A program made the position numbers and the translations under genes. The notes under the pieces were generated by a model, which did not search any database, was not told the origin of the DNA, and saw only the letters and a program-made list of their open reading frames with translations. DNA of 64,000 nucleotides from the human T2T-CHM13v2.0 reference genome, Homo sapiens, in NCBI RefSeq assembly GCF_009914755.1, contig NC_060929.1; one strand, written 5' to 3'. This document shows, piece after piece, positions 29,817 through 44,744 of this stretch (its first letter is position 1; each line of letters opens with the position of its first letter).

Positions 29817-30099
29817 CTGTGGAGTTAGGGCTTCAACATAATTTTGGAGGGACACAATTCTATCCATAATGAATGCCTCATCATGTTACTACTTACTGAA
29901 TAGTCTATGTTCCTTTCTCTCCCACCTCGGTCATATATCCGGTTTCCATATATGTGGGGTTCTATATTACACAGTATTTCATTCTGGGTTCTACATTCTA
30001 TTCCATGGATCTATTTGCTACACTTGTGCCAAGATTATGCCCTGAACTACTAAAGCTTTGCAATAAGTCATGAAAAACAAAAACAAAAAACAGAAAAGA
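29817..30099 (+). mobile_element. TSD-flanked poly(A)-tailed retrotransposed insert (orphan transduction or ncRNA retrocopy)
   Basis: 16-bp TSD at 29801-29816 and 30100-30115 (14/16), TT/AAAG site, ACTAAA at 30049-30054, A-rich tail at 30073-30099. Body is an MLT1 end plus an old antisense L1M fragment. Confidence 0.7.
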
Positions 30100-30117
30100 A
30101 AAGAAACTGGCCCGTTA

Positions 30118-30930
<813 letters not shown>

Positions 30931-31375
30931 GTCCACAAGCAAAAATTTCCAGAAGCTGCCATCCTGTTGTACAAGGCCACAACTGCCTTGGGGAACACAG
31001 AGGCTTTCAAACCACAAATGCAGCTCTGATCAGAATCCAGCCCGAGAGTTCCCATCCTGGTTTCTCCTGTCTGCTGCAGTTCCTGCTGCCAGGTAGTCAC
31101 TGTCATGAGCTGCTTGTAAGCAGGATGCCTGGCAGTCCATATTTGCTAATTTAGATGTACAATATTTGAGTAAGAGACAAGAGGATTACTTTTATGATTA
31201 AATCAGGGAGAGTAAAATTTCAGTTGGATAAATAAATAATTTGAATGAAAGCTCTGGATTGTCAGTGAGGTTAAATGTCACTCTAAGTAAATAAGATTTC
31301 AAATATAATTGATTGATGGATTCAACAAGCACTTATTGAGCATCTACTGTGCACAGGACACTATAATTAATAGGT

Positions 31376-31498
31376 TAGGCTCTCAACCCTATTGCACACC
31401 AGAATTTGATTCAATTGTACTTGGGTACAACTTGGACATCAGTATTTTCTAAATTTACCCCAGTGATTCTCATGTGCATCCAGGGTTTAGAATACTGG
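31376..31498. mobile_element. MER5A fragment
   Basis: ctctcaaccctattgcaca...ccccagtgattctcatgtgcatccaggg. Confidence 0.55.
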
Positions 31499-31777
31499 AT
31501 TAAATTATTGACTCAATTTGTGGAAACCAATCTACTCAAGTACACCATGGTTAGATTGTGGCTCTGAGCTTGGTTGTTAAGTATTCATTCTGCCAATCAT
31601 ATTTAGGGAAATCTAACCATAGGCATGGCACCATGTACTGTACTCATACTAGTAGGCAAGGGTGAAATCATGGAAATCCTACCTGTGGGAAGATTGGAGT
31701 GTAGGTAAGGGGATGAGATGGTAAGATAACATAGGGATAATTGTGGGAAATGCTATAAAGGTTTAAAAAGGCTAGGG

Positions 31778-31930
31778 CAGTGCTTCTCAAACTAGAATGC
31801 ACATCTGAATCATCTGATATTAGTAAGATGCAGCTTCTGATTCAGTAGGGCTGGAACTGGGATTCTGTAATTTTGAAAACCTCCCAGGTGATGGTGATGC
31901 TGCTGCTCTCTGGACCATCCATAGCTCTAG
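31778..31930. mobile_element. MER5A/B
   Basis: cagtgcttctcaaact...tctgattcagtagggctgg...ctcccaggtgatggtgatgctgctg. Confidence 0.7.
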
Positions 31931-32169
31931 CAGTCACAGCTGTTATACTACACAGTTTCTACCTTGGTCTTCCAGGGGATTTTTTTCCTATGGAAACATT
32001 TTTCTGATTTTATAGTGCAGATTGAATGGATATATGAATTTCCCTTATGGACATTTGCTTTGAAATGTAATTTTGCCAAATGAGCCAGTCCATGCACACT
32101 TACTTGGACTTTGGAGAATTCACGCAAGAGCTGGAGCCCTTGGTTAGCCCAGTTGTCCCCCTTGGAGGG

Positions 32170-32390
32170 ACTGTGGCAAGTGGAAAGGGCAGAGGCTTGA
32201 AGTCACAGGACTGAGCTCAAATTTCTGCTGACTCTCAATAGGTAACTTTGAGAAAATCGATTAAACCTTCTGAGTTTCAGTTTTCTGTATGTAGAATAGA
32301 ATGGGGTTGTTGAGTAAGTTAAGTAGTCATCTTTTTGAAGCAGCTGGCACAGTGTCCAGCGTGGAGTAGGCTCTCGTTTAATAATTGTTG
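32170..32390 (+). mobile_element. MIR
   Basis: gtggaaagggcagaggcttgaagtca...aaccttctgagtttcagttttct...gcacagtgtccagc. Confidence 0.6.
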
Positions 32391-33239
32391 TCCTTATGAC
32401 TGTGTGCCAACCACAGTGCTAGGCCAATGGAGATAAGTGAGACTCAGACTCCACTTGAGAGGTGGAAGGGAAGCCAGACAAGAAACCCATACATGACAGA
32501 GGGCCTGATGGCTCCAAGGAAGAGCCAGTCTTTAGCCCAGGGTGCCTCTGTGCTAGGAGACAAGGGGACACTCGACTCTCTTGTGTGTGACCTCATTGTT
32601 GGAGAGTCTAAAGGAGATCTTCTCTTGTTTTTCAGACTGAAAAGGAAGCTCAGTAGGCAGTCCTTTCCCCCAAAAGGCTTGATTCTGACTCACTTTTTTT
32701 TTTTTCTACAAGAGTTGAACTGAAAATCCAAATGGGTCTAGAGGCTTTACAGGGAGATGCCATTTAAAATAGGAGAGGGTTCAAAATTCCTTTGGAGCAG
32801 TGAGTCTTTCCTTAGGGTGTAAGGAGAAACTACAGAACAATTCAGCCATTCTTCCTGGAAGAAGAAAGAAGAAAAAAGAAGAGGAAGCAGTTTCTCAGCT
32901 CTGTAAGGGAATGGAGAGTAGAGTTCTACATTGTCTGAAAGTCATTTTAAGGGAAGCAGTTTTGGTCACTGTACTTCCTCATACTCCAATGTGGACTTAG
33001 TAATCAGAGCTTCAAAAATTGAACCCTGACTCTGTTGCCACACTTTACATGATAAGAAAAAAATGCCTTTAGATTTTTTGGTGTGTATGATTGGAAGAGG
33101 TTAACAAATTCGTACCTTGTCTGATAATATGAAAACTGTTGCTACAGAAATTGTCACTTTAAAACAATCAAGGAATGATGTTAGAAATGTCAGGATTTTG
33201 AGAAACTGGAGAACTCAATATAGAATATTTGCTGATAGA

Positions 33240-33543
33240 GGCCAGGCGTGGTGGCTCACGCCTATAATCCCAGAACTTTGGGAGGCTGAGGCTGGCAGAT
33301 CATGAGGTTAGGAGATGGAGACCATCCTGGCCAACATGGTGAAACCCCGTCTCTACTAAAAATACAAAAATTAGCTGAGCATGGTGGCATGTGCCTGTAG
33401 TCTCAGCTACTTAGGAGGCTGAGGCAGGAGAATCACTTGAAGTAGGGAGGTGAGGGTTGCAGTGAGCAGAGATGGCGCCACTGCACCCCAGCCTGGGCAA
33501 AAGAGTGAGACTCTGCCTCAAAAAAAAAAAAAAAAAAAAAAAA
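33240..33543 (+). mobile_element. AluSc
   Basis: gagaccatcctggccaac. 18-bp TSD AGAATATTTGC(T/C)GATAGA at 33222-33239 and 33544-33561. Confidence 0.93.
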
Positions 33544-34688
33544 AGAATATTTGCCGATAGAACCTTTGCATCTTGTTCTACAGCATTTGATGCACAAGTA
33601 ATGGCCGTGATGGAAACAGGACACTTGCCTCTGGAGTATCAATTGTCCTAAATAGAGGTCCATGCAGTGGGTATTGAAATGCAGACTTTACAGGTAGGGT
33701 CTGATTCCCCAGAATCCATCAGGGCTACTTCCTGGTGGCAGCATGACACTTGCATGTCTTCTGAAGGAAGGAGAAAGAGCGTTGTCCCTGTCCCTTTTCC
33801 TTTCCAGTTTCTTTCCTCTTGATTTCAATTTCCACACTTCTGCTGGATATATCTTTTTAGATAACAAATCTTGTTATGTGACATCTTGTTTTACAACCTC
33901 CACAAGCTTCCTCCCTATTGTTTATAGGATGCATTCCAAACGTCAGAAGACCTCAGGCCTTACCAAGCTTCTCCCCCAGCTGCTCAGAGCATCTCCTGTT
34001 TCTGGAAGAGCCCCCACTTGCAACTCCAGAGTGAGCTGTCTCCTCTGATTGACATTTATCGCCTTCCCCCAGCATCCTGCCTGGGAAGTGCGGATGCATC
34101 CCAGCACTCTCTCAGATGGTGCTTTTGCCACCAAGCCATCCTCAGCTCTTTGAGAATCCATGAATCTCCCTCTTTTGGCCTCCCCTAGCTCTTGCTCACA
34201 CCTCTTTGGTAGCACTTTCCACGTGGTTTTAGCATTACTTTTTTGTCTCCCACTCTGGACCTTGGGCTGTGTACTGGCTTCTAATAGGACTCAGTGAGGG
34301 ATTACTGAGCAGCAATGTAACTAGCGGGAGTGGACCTCATTCCACTTTTCCTGCTCCACTTTATAAAGATTTTGTATGATTTGCCAGTGGTAAACTTGGT
34401 TTTACCATATCTGTGTCATAGAGATGTTTTGATGATACGTGCCGTTATCTATGGTAGGCTATTGATTCATATTGTCTGACTTTGCTACTTTGTGGGTAAA
34501 TTATCAATCAGGAAATTGGTAATCTTTTATTTTTAAAGGTTTGGAGAGGACTCAAAGAATTTATTGACATGCCCATATGATTCTTCAGGGCTAGCCTTGT
34601 GCTTTGAAAAACCAGAAAGAACTCAAGTTTTCTAAAGGAGTTTAATTTTGTCTGGGAGGATAGTATGAGATAAGTGTGGACTTGTGGG

Positions 34689-35173
34689 TGATGGGGTTCA
34701 GGGCACGCTACCTCAGAATATAGCCTGCTGTCACACTGAATGTTTTAAGCTGAAGGCATATGAGAAACAGCAGGTGCGGGAAGGACTCCCTGACTTCCCT
34801 GAAGCGGGTCATTGGCCCTCATGTGGGAGGCACTCTCCCTGTACCTGGAGGAAAGGAGAATCCTTATCTCTGAGGATGCAGGGCTGCTGAGAGGAATCTG
34901 AACAGATTTTGCTGTCTCCCTGTTTCCTACTCTTGCTCACGCCCTTTTGCCCTCTCATGTTTTTCCATGGCTTTCCACTCCATCAAACCTAGAATGGAAA
35001 CACTCAGGTTTCATTGTTTCTTCAGCCCTTCATTTCCTTACAAAAGCTCCATGTCATGTAAAACTTATATTGAGTAAATTTGCGTGCTTTTTTTTCTTGT
35101 TAATCTTTCTTTTGTTGCAAGGACCCAGCTGAGAACCTAAGGTGGATAGAGGAAATATTTTTCCTCCCCTACA
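34689..35173 (+). mobile_element. ERV1 MER34-family solo LTR
   Basis: TGATGGGGTTCAGG...CCCCTACA with 4-bp TSD TGGG (34685-34688 and 35174-35177). Confidence 0.85.
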
Positions 35174-35524
35174 TGGGTAAAGAGAAAAGCCACAGGTACA
35201 CAGTAGGCATTCAATAAAGATTGGCTCCCTGATGCCGGCGTGAACACAGGAAGAAGACAGCTGATAAAAGACAGTAATTTATTTCTACTTTGGAAATGGC
35301 TCCACCCCTTCTGATGATTCCTACAAAGAAAACATGAGGTTCTACTGATTTCAAAGCTCATAGAAAAACTTCAGAAAAATTTCAGAGAATTGCTGTAGTA
35401 TCTCTCAGAGTCAGCTATCATGGAGAGGTACTTCTCACTTCTTTGAAGGAGACTGTTGTCAAATTTTTATAGAATTACTTCTCTGAAGAGCTCAAAGTAC
35501 TGAACTGTATGTCTAAGAGCATGA

Positions 35525-35657
35525 TTTTATTTATTTATTTATTATTTATTTATTTTAGAGAAAGAGTCTTGCTTTGTCACCCAGGCTGAAGTGCAGTGGT
35601 GTGATCTCGGCTCACCACAACCTTCGCCTCCTGGTTTCAAGCGATTCTCACCTCAGC
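35525..35657 (-). mobile_element. 5'-truncated Alu (right-arm fragment)
   Basis: (TTTA)n tail and degenerate TSD CTAAG(AG/GA)CATGA. Confidence 0.85.
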
Positions 35658-36505
35658 TAAGGACATGACTATTAACATATTTTTTATTTGTATTTCTTCT
35701 GAAAACAGGTGAAGGATCAATATTTTCTATAACTTTACTGATTAGGATCAGGAGAAAATTTCCCTAAAGGGCTTTCATTAATATCTGAGGGCTACCCCGT
35801 AAGGCCAAGGTCTCGCTGGGTCACAGTGAAAAGTTTCCAAAGTAGGTCCTAGAATGAAATGTCAAAAGCGTTGGGATTAGTAACGCTGGAGAAAGATTAA
35901 ACTCACAAGTACTGAAGGCTGTGGTTCATGAGGAAGTGGGCGAGTCTGGTAAGTCTGGAACTTAGGACACTAATGAGAAAGGAATTAATTTATTTTTGTA
36001 TTCAACGTTATTAAGCTCTTTTTACATGTTAGGTTCTACACGCTAGGCAGTAGGTATACAAAAGAAAAACAAGGAAAACTACCCTGCTCCTAAAGACATT
36101 TGCAGCTCAGTTAGAGACAGACGTAGAAACAAATTGTTGGAGGCTTTGGACAGCCATAGGCTAATTTGAAAATCCCATGTGGGAAATTATTGCCTAAGGT
36201 TATTTCACATATAAGGTGCTAAGAACAAAGTGCTTATCACCTCCAAATAGAAAAACTACCCCAAAGAGGAGCTGCAGAAAGTGCTCTGAAGAGCCTACAG
36301 AAAAGCCTGGGAACCCAATAGTAGTTTGCCCCTAGGGACAAAGCATGGGTTATTCAAGTTCTTAGCCTCTTATAGAGACCTCAGCCTTGGGTCTGCCTGA
36401 CATCCCAGGCCTCAGTCCCCTACCCTTGAAGGAGCATTGTGAAGTGGGCGGCAAAGTCCCAGGTCGTTTCTTGGGTCATGGTTTCAAGGGTGGAGCTTTC
36501 CTTTA

Positions 36506-36923
<418 letters not shown>

Positions 36924-39528
36924 TAGGCCTGGAGGTACTCTTGGGCTGGGAAGGCTGTGAGTGGGTGACTTGGTCAGCTCCACCCTAGGCCTTCAGGAGA
37001 AATCTTCTCTTCTCTCTCTTCTCTTTTCTTAGGAAAGCATTCCCTGGAGTTTATCATCAGAGTGACACAATCTAGAAGGCTGAGATGAGGATAGGGGAAG
37101 AGGCCCAGGGGCTGTTAGGCCTGCTTTGGTCCAGGCCTTGGTGGGCTCCTCCTTGGCTTGCAATGCTCCAACACTGGACACTTCAGCCTAGCTCTCCAGG
37201 AGACTCTGTTGTGCTTTGGGGCAAAAGCCACAGGAGAAGCCACTTAGGATTCAAGAATACTGAGTTTCAATAAAAAACTGAACCAATATACTTAACGAAT
37301 TTGAACAAAAAGGTGAGGAAGAGGGTGGGAACATGCCTTCAAACCCATTGTGATTTGAACAATTTAGGGATAGCTGCCATAGCTGCTACCTAGCAACGTC
37401 TTAAAAGAATGATCAAAAGGATGTATTTTGGAACAAATATGTCACAATTGTCTCTTGAGTCAGTTTATAACAACTCCAAATGAGAAGTCTCAGGGCTGCC
37501 ACAAGGCCCATGCTCTCAGACCAGGTGTGGATCTTTTCTACTCAGAAAACACATTGACTTCCCACAGCATGCACCTCTGAACTCCCATGGCTGAGACATG
37601 CACAGCCCATTTCCTCCTTCTGGACACCCTCAGAGCTGCTTTTCCCCAGTTTCTCCCACATGCCTTACAACAGCTCTCCTGTAATTTAAATTCCACCTTT
37701 TCAGAGCTACCCTAACCAATTTAGCGCCCTCTTGAAGCAGCAAGGCAGTGGCACCCTCTTAAGAGTGAATAACAGGTTCAACTTATTTTGGTTGCAATTT
37801 CACATTAGAAACAACTGGTATTTTTTAAAAAGTAGTAATAACTGGGTCCCGTCCTGGACAAATTGCATCAGTATGTCTGGGGGTGGTGATTCTGATGCAT
37901 GGTGAGGATGCAGAACTATTGGTCTCACCCATCCCTCCTACCCTGTTTGATTATAGACTCCTGGAGGTGACGGTGGTGGTGTGATAGCATCTTCTGCTTC
38001 CTTGACTGTCCCTATCAACCTTGTTCCATGGTGGTGAATGCTTGCTGCTCACAACTGACTTTGCAACTTCTTTGAAGGCATCTTTTACCCAAGTGGCCCC
38101 ATCAGACCCTCTCATCTTTCAGTTTAACATCTGAGAGAGGATTAGGAGAGAGGTGGGCTCACTTCCCACTTCTTTCAGGATGAGAGGGCATTGCCAGTGT
38201 CCTGCCCTGCTATCTTTAGAGGCAGAGAGCTGTTGCAAGCCAGCTGAGGGAGAACTCAGGAAAAGAAGGACAAACTTGTGACTAGGTGCCTAGATGCTGT
38301 CAGATCCAGCTGAGGGTAAGAGATTTGAGCTGGGCCTGAAGGAGGAAGGAGCCCATGTGGCAAGCCTCTATTGACTGTGTCTCAGAGCAAACAATGCAAA
38401 GTTTCTGCTTCGGTAGGGAGCAGTCAGAATAGACAGGCCCTGGAAATCTGCCGAGGGATGATGGGCCAGCCTCATACTGTGATTTCAGGGCTGCCATTTA
38501 AGTTTATTTTTATTGTCAATGAGGTTTGTGCCTTCAAGAAAAAAGCATCATCTTCATTAGGTGCAGGGTCATGGAAAAGACACAACTTGGAAGGCATGGA
38601 TTTGAGATTGACCTTGGCTGAGATTGAGTGACTAGCCCCTCAGAGGCTGTTTTCCCATCTGTGAATTGGGTTGTGGTACAAGCTCTACTGAGGAGTTACA
38701 TGGGATGAAATAAATGCCTTCCCTAGAAGGTGACAGCACACACTAGAAGTCACAGCCACCAGTTATTTTTCATATAACAAGGATCCCTTGAGGAAAGCCT
38801 GGAAGAAGCCTGGACATTCCCCAGACTGGAGTGTCCTCACTTCTTGATCAGATGTTGGTATTCCAGCCAGGGCTTTAGTAGCATAAACTAGAGAATGTGG
38901 CCGTCTGAAAACTCCTCCCCTAAGGGACTCATTTCTTCAGCTGTACCTGTCCTTCCTCCAACTCCTCCTCCCCTCGACTCTGCTTAGATCTCTGAACATG
39001 AATCTGAAGAATAAAACTGGAAATTCTTTGTGGTTTCTTATGCAATCTAATTCTCACTTGAGGAAAGAGTAGTGTATAAGATGCTTTCTTCTTTGCTTGA
39101 ATGTTTTAGAGTTTGACCAACTATGGTTAGACAGTCTGGAATCAGTAATAATAAGTATCACTGAAATAAATTATAGATAAAAGTAGGACCACAAATTGGA
39201 AGCACAAGATGTCCAAGACAAGCATAACAGAAAGAATGAGAGCCAGATGCATAACTTCCTCAGCCCACCATTGACAGTGGAGGCTGCATTTTCTTGACAC
39301 AAGATCAGAAGGTGGTTGAGGCTTTTGGACTGAATTTAAAATTCAACATGTGAATAACTGAATACATCAAGATTCCCTCTAATTATCTCTGGCTAAGCTT
39401 GCTTGCCAGCCCCAAGGAAACAAACATATCAGTGTTATAAATCAACCTCTGACAGGGGCATCCATGGAGAAGTGAATGTGAAAGTCAAAGTTTTCGTGGA
39501 GTAACCCATGTGCTTTTCAATGAGAACT

Positions 39529-39700
39529 CAGTGGTTCTTTGCCCTTTGCACATTTGAATCATGTGTGGGGCTGTTAAAAATACAGATGCTCAGGCTTCAG
39601 CCCAGACCAATTAAATCAGAATCTCTGAGGGTAGAAAACCCACCTTGGTATTTTTCTATAGCTCTCCAGGTGATTCCAAGCTACAGATAAAATAAAAATC
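39529..39700. mobile_element. MER5A
   Basis: cagtggttct...cccagaccaattaaatcagaatctctg...ctctccaggtgattcc. Confidence 0.7.
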
Positions 39701-39969
39701 ATTTGTTTAACCTGTGGCTGGGAGCGCTAACATTTCCAGACTCTTGTCAATATCCTCCTCCTTACCAAGGAAAGGGGTGTATCTGGGCTAGAAGTCTTAA
39801 TTATTAGGAGCCCATGTGTAATAACTACTGCTGGATAAGTGAATGTAATGGGGCTAGTCCATAGCAAAAGGGGAAGAGACAGGATGAGGGAGAGCTGTTG
39901 CTCTTCTGTGTTGACTGACTTGACTTTCTCCCCTTTTACTTTTGATAATAATATGGAACACAAAGGAAC

Positions 39970-40518
39970 TGTTATACGCACTGTGCAGTAACAGACCAAT
40001 ACACCAAGACAGCAGAGTTTGCAGCAGAGAAAGAGTGAGTGAGGAGACAGGAGGAACTATAAAATCCATCTCTCCAAGGAGGTCTAGGCTGGAGTTTTTA
40101 AGGGAATTGTGAAGGGCAAAAGCCTGGAAAATTAAGGCCATTGATCAGTCAGGGAAAAGGGGATGAAATTATCAGGATGTGGAAAGTGCTTTCTTTGGTG
40201 AGTCAGTGCCTTGTAAGGTCCTTCAGACAAGCTGAGAGCAGAAATTGTATCAATATGCAGGACCTAAGAGAAGATCTCAAATGGAAAACTTAACATTTCA
40301 CAGTGTTCAAGTTGTTATCTATAGAACATTTAAGGGGAGTTGTAATCTAGGGCCTACATGATTCTGAGGCAATAGGCAGCAAACAGCTATGAGGAAGCGG
40401 GCCAGTGAGCAAGCTGACCTCATGATAATGCTGAATGTGCTGCAAGCTTGGTTTATTTTTTCTTCTTCCCCTCCCTTTTTCCCTGATTGATTTTATCAAG
40501 TTTACAGAAATGATTTCA
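39970..40518 (-). mobile_element. ERV1 solo LTR, same family as 11597-12184
   Basis: TG...CA with 4-bp TSD GAAC (39966-39969 and 40519-40522). Shares aacagaccaatacac...agggggatgaa...tgagtcag...ccttcagac. Confidence 0.85.
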
Positions 40519-40522
40519 GAAC

Positions 40523-40710
40523 TACATTTATGTACCAGACTTGGTTCTGGGAACTTTACATAAAATGTCTCTTTTAATCTTTACAAATGAGTCTTACTCC
40601 AATTACAACAAGAAAACCAAGACTCAGAGGAGTTAAGCAGCTTGCTCAAGGGCTAGATAAGAGGTACTGTTGGGATTTGAAACTAGGACTGTTTGATCCC
40701 AAAAGCCAAG
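40523..40710 (-). mobile_element. MIR
   Basis: gactcagaggagttaagcagcttgctcaagg...gggatttgaaactaggactgtttgatcccaaagcc. Confidence 0.65.
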
Positions 40711-41027
40711 TGTCAGAATACCTCAGTCATGCTTTGGTAGAGTTCAGCACCAAAAACATGTAAATGGCACTGGGAAGAGTTCCAGAGGCATTGCCCTGGC
40801 AGGCCTCTGCTTCCAACAGCTGTGTTGGGAAATGTGCTGGAATCAATGGCATAATTAGGGTGTGACCTTCCCAGGCCTATCTCATCTTCCCAGAGACAGT
40901 ATTCAGCAACAGGATAACCCAGGGGCTGTGTGTATCTTGGCTTCATTGAAGGCTCTTGTCCAATGGACCAGAGGCATTGGCAGAAAGGAAAACTGAGACC
41001 AGGAGAAAGAAAGAAAGATTGAGGAGT

Positions 41028-41071
41028 AGAAGGTATCTTTCCATTGACCAGAAGGTATCTTTCCATTGACC
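41028..41071 (+). repeat. Perfect 22-bp tandem duplication
   Basis: AGAAGGTATCTTTCCATTGACC x2. Confidence 0.95.
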
Positions 41072-41666
41072 ACTGCAAACTCTGATCACCTTGATATTTA
41101 AAGAAATAGCCCTGCCTCCAGTCCAGCATTTGTTGTTTTTATTAATGTTCATGAAATCCAGGAAACACAAATCTTAGAGGAGCTTGTAGGAGAGCAAAAT
41201 CTTCTTCTACTCATCTTAGTTTCATTGGCTGGGGCCCTGCAATTTAGACTGACAAAATACAGATTAACGAGAGAAATACAGGAGTTTATTAATGTGTGCC
41301 CTGTAGACACACATGAGAGCGCTCAGATTAGTAACTCAAACAGGTGGTAAGAACTAGGACCTATGTATCATCTTAACAGAAGAATAATAACTTTTTAGAG
41401 AAATCACAAGGCAAAAGAAAAGGACTTTAAGCTTTCAAAGACAGCAAATTGTGGAAAGGTAAATCTATGGGGGAAACTAACAGAAGGTAGGAACTAGTTA
41501 GTAAAGTTTGTTTGTGTAGACTCCTCTGGCACCATTTCTGGGCTGATAAGCATCTAGAGTTGTTTCTCATGATTAACTTCTGTCCTTCCTGGTAGAGAGG
41601 GGAAGGGGTCAGTTTTACCAATTTGTGTCCTGCTTTTAGGCAAATAGGAAGAGGCAGACAGCTTGC

Positions 41667-41824
41667 TCTTTCCCTCCCTCCCTTCCTTCCTTCCTCCCTT
41701 CCTTCCTCCCTTCCTTTCTCCCTTCCTTTCTCCCTTCCTCCCTTCCTCCCTCTCTCCCTCCTCCCTTCCTCCTTCCCTCCCTCTCTCCCTTCCTCCCTTC
41801 CTCCCTCTTTCTTTTCTTTCTTTC
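41667..41824 (+). repeat. Polypyrimidine (CCTT/CCCT)n low-complexity tract derived from the Alu tail
   Basis: About 157 bp containing only C and T. Confidence 0.92.
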
Positions 41825-42088
<264 letters not shown>

Positions 42089-42448
42089 GGGAGAGATATT
42101 CTTACATCTACTTTTTCTCATTTGCTTCAGCTCAAAATCTTATGCTAAACTGGCAAATTTGAGGGTTGCTTATTTTGCTTCCCTCTAAACTTAAGCTGGA
42201 GCAAACCTCTCCTGGATGCACATCTCTGGAAGCCCCAGGTTCTGAATGGCAGCTGGATCTCAGGTGAGGACACTCTACCTGTTCTGGTATCTGTGGTTTG
42301 ACATGGGTAGAGGTGGGGAGATTCCTAGTGAAACCAGTTATAACTTGTGGACCATGACAGTGGCCTATCAGATCTGAGTACAAATCTGCCCTACTTGGAA
42401 TGCCTATGATGTCTTTGAAAATATCCATCTAGACTATTTCCAATCTCT

Positions 42449-42838
<390 letters not shown>

Positions 42839-43449
42839 TAACCACCATCTTACTCATAGAACCTTAGATGGAGTTCCACCCATGGATTGTACTAGTAGTA
42901 TTCTAGCCTCAAAGTTATTATTCTAGACACCTGTGACAATAATATAAAGCAAGTTCTGAAATTTTTGATATTTGGTTTCTAGCTCCTATATCTTTTCTAA
43001 CACCAAAGTATTTTTGGAAAGTGCTCTCCAGACTTGATCTGTATCTAACCAACCATATGGAAAAAAGGGGAACATGTACTGCCAGAATATATATGTCTCT
43101 ATCTGAAACAACTTCAGCACTTTGACACATATTACTAGCCAAGAGATCAGAGAGATGGCAGGTAATTACTATACCACAGGGCGATGTTTTCTTGTTTCTG
43201 AAGAAGCTGTATTGACTTGTGATTTGTGGGGGTAACAATAAGGAATCTCATAGACATATCTGACATATTTTTAAGATGAAAATATTCCAGGCCAGGATGA
43301 AATTTATTTAAAAATCAGTTGCTCTTATTTCTGAATCAAGGAATTAGAGTGGAGCCTCTGAGAAACAGGAGTGAAGGAGCAAAGATAGTTGCTGTCTTTC
43401 TCTTTGCCCCTTCAATATCAAAATGGCAACAGGAGTCAGAGTGTCCACA

Positions 43450-43660
43450 GGGAAGTGGGAAGAGCACTGGGCTGGTGGTCAGGAGACCTGGCTTAGCTGT
43501 TGAATGGGCACTGACGGGTGATTTCATCTCTCCTTGCCTCACTTTGCTCATTGGCTAATGGGAAGTTATAATGACTGCCCCATCTCACAGGGGTGTTCTG
43601 AGAATCCAGTGAGGTGTAAAATTTGGAAAGCATAAAGTGCTATACAAATATAAGATTATT
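43450..43660 (+). mobile_element. MIR
   Basis: ggaagagcactgggctggtggtcaggagacctgg...ctcacaggggtgttctgagaatc. Confidence 0.6.
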
Positions 43661-44048
43661 AAACTCAGCTGCCTCCTCCCTATTTGCTATGCGTATGTTA
43701 ATTAGTTTAATTATGCTTCCAGCTGAAAAATGATTGGCTGAAGTGTGGGGGAATCAGGTTACAATGTCAGATTGAGAAAGTCAAAATGGGTTGGTCTGGC
43801 TGACCAGATAGAAGTCTCTTTCTTTCTTATGCCCCTTTTGGTTGAAGAGAATGACCTTCCAGAAAGAGGCAGTGTGTACTTTATCCCAGGCCATGTAAGT
43901 GCTGCTACAACAACAAATGGACTGAGTCCCTCTGCAGGAGAACATAGCCCCTTAGGAGATACATTTTCTTGATGAAAATCAATTCATAATAGAAAGTATT
44001 TACCACGTGTAGGTACTTAGCAGAGATGAAAGATCAGAAGTCATGGAC

Positions 44049-44346
44049 TTTTGTTCGTTTGTCTTTTGAGACAGGGTCTCACTCTGTTGCCCAGGCTGAG
44101 TGCAGGAGTGTGATCATGGCTCACTGCGGCCTTGACCTCCTGGGCTCAAGTGATCCTCCCACCTCAGCCTCCTGAGTAGCTGGGACTACAGGTGAATGCC
44201 CCCACGCTGGCTAATTTTTTGTTTTTTGTAGAGATAGGGTTTCACTATGTTGCCCAGGTTGGTCTCAAACTCCTAGACTCAAGCCGTTGGCCCACCTCAG
44301 CCTCCTAAAGTGCTGGGATTACAGGCATGAGCTGCTGCACCTGGCC
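44049..44346 (-). mobile_element. AluJ
   Basis: TSD AGAAGTCATGG on both sides. Confidence 0.92.
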
Positions 44347-44428
44347 AGAAGTCATGGTTCTTATCCACAAGATGCTTATGCTTCAGCATAGAGAAGGACA
44401 TAGTGCAGGCATAGAAAGACATGATGTT

Positions 44429-44744
<316 letters not shown>

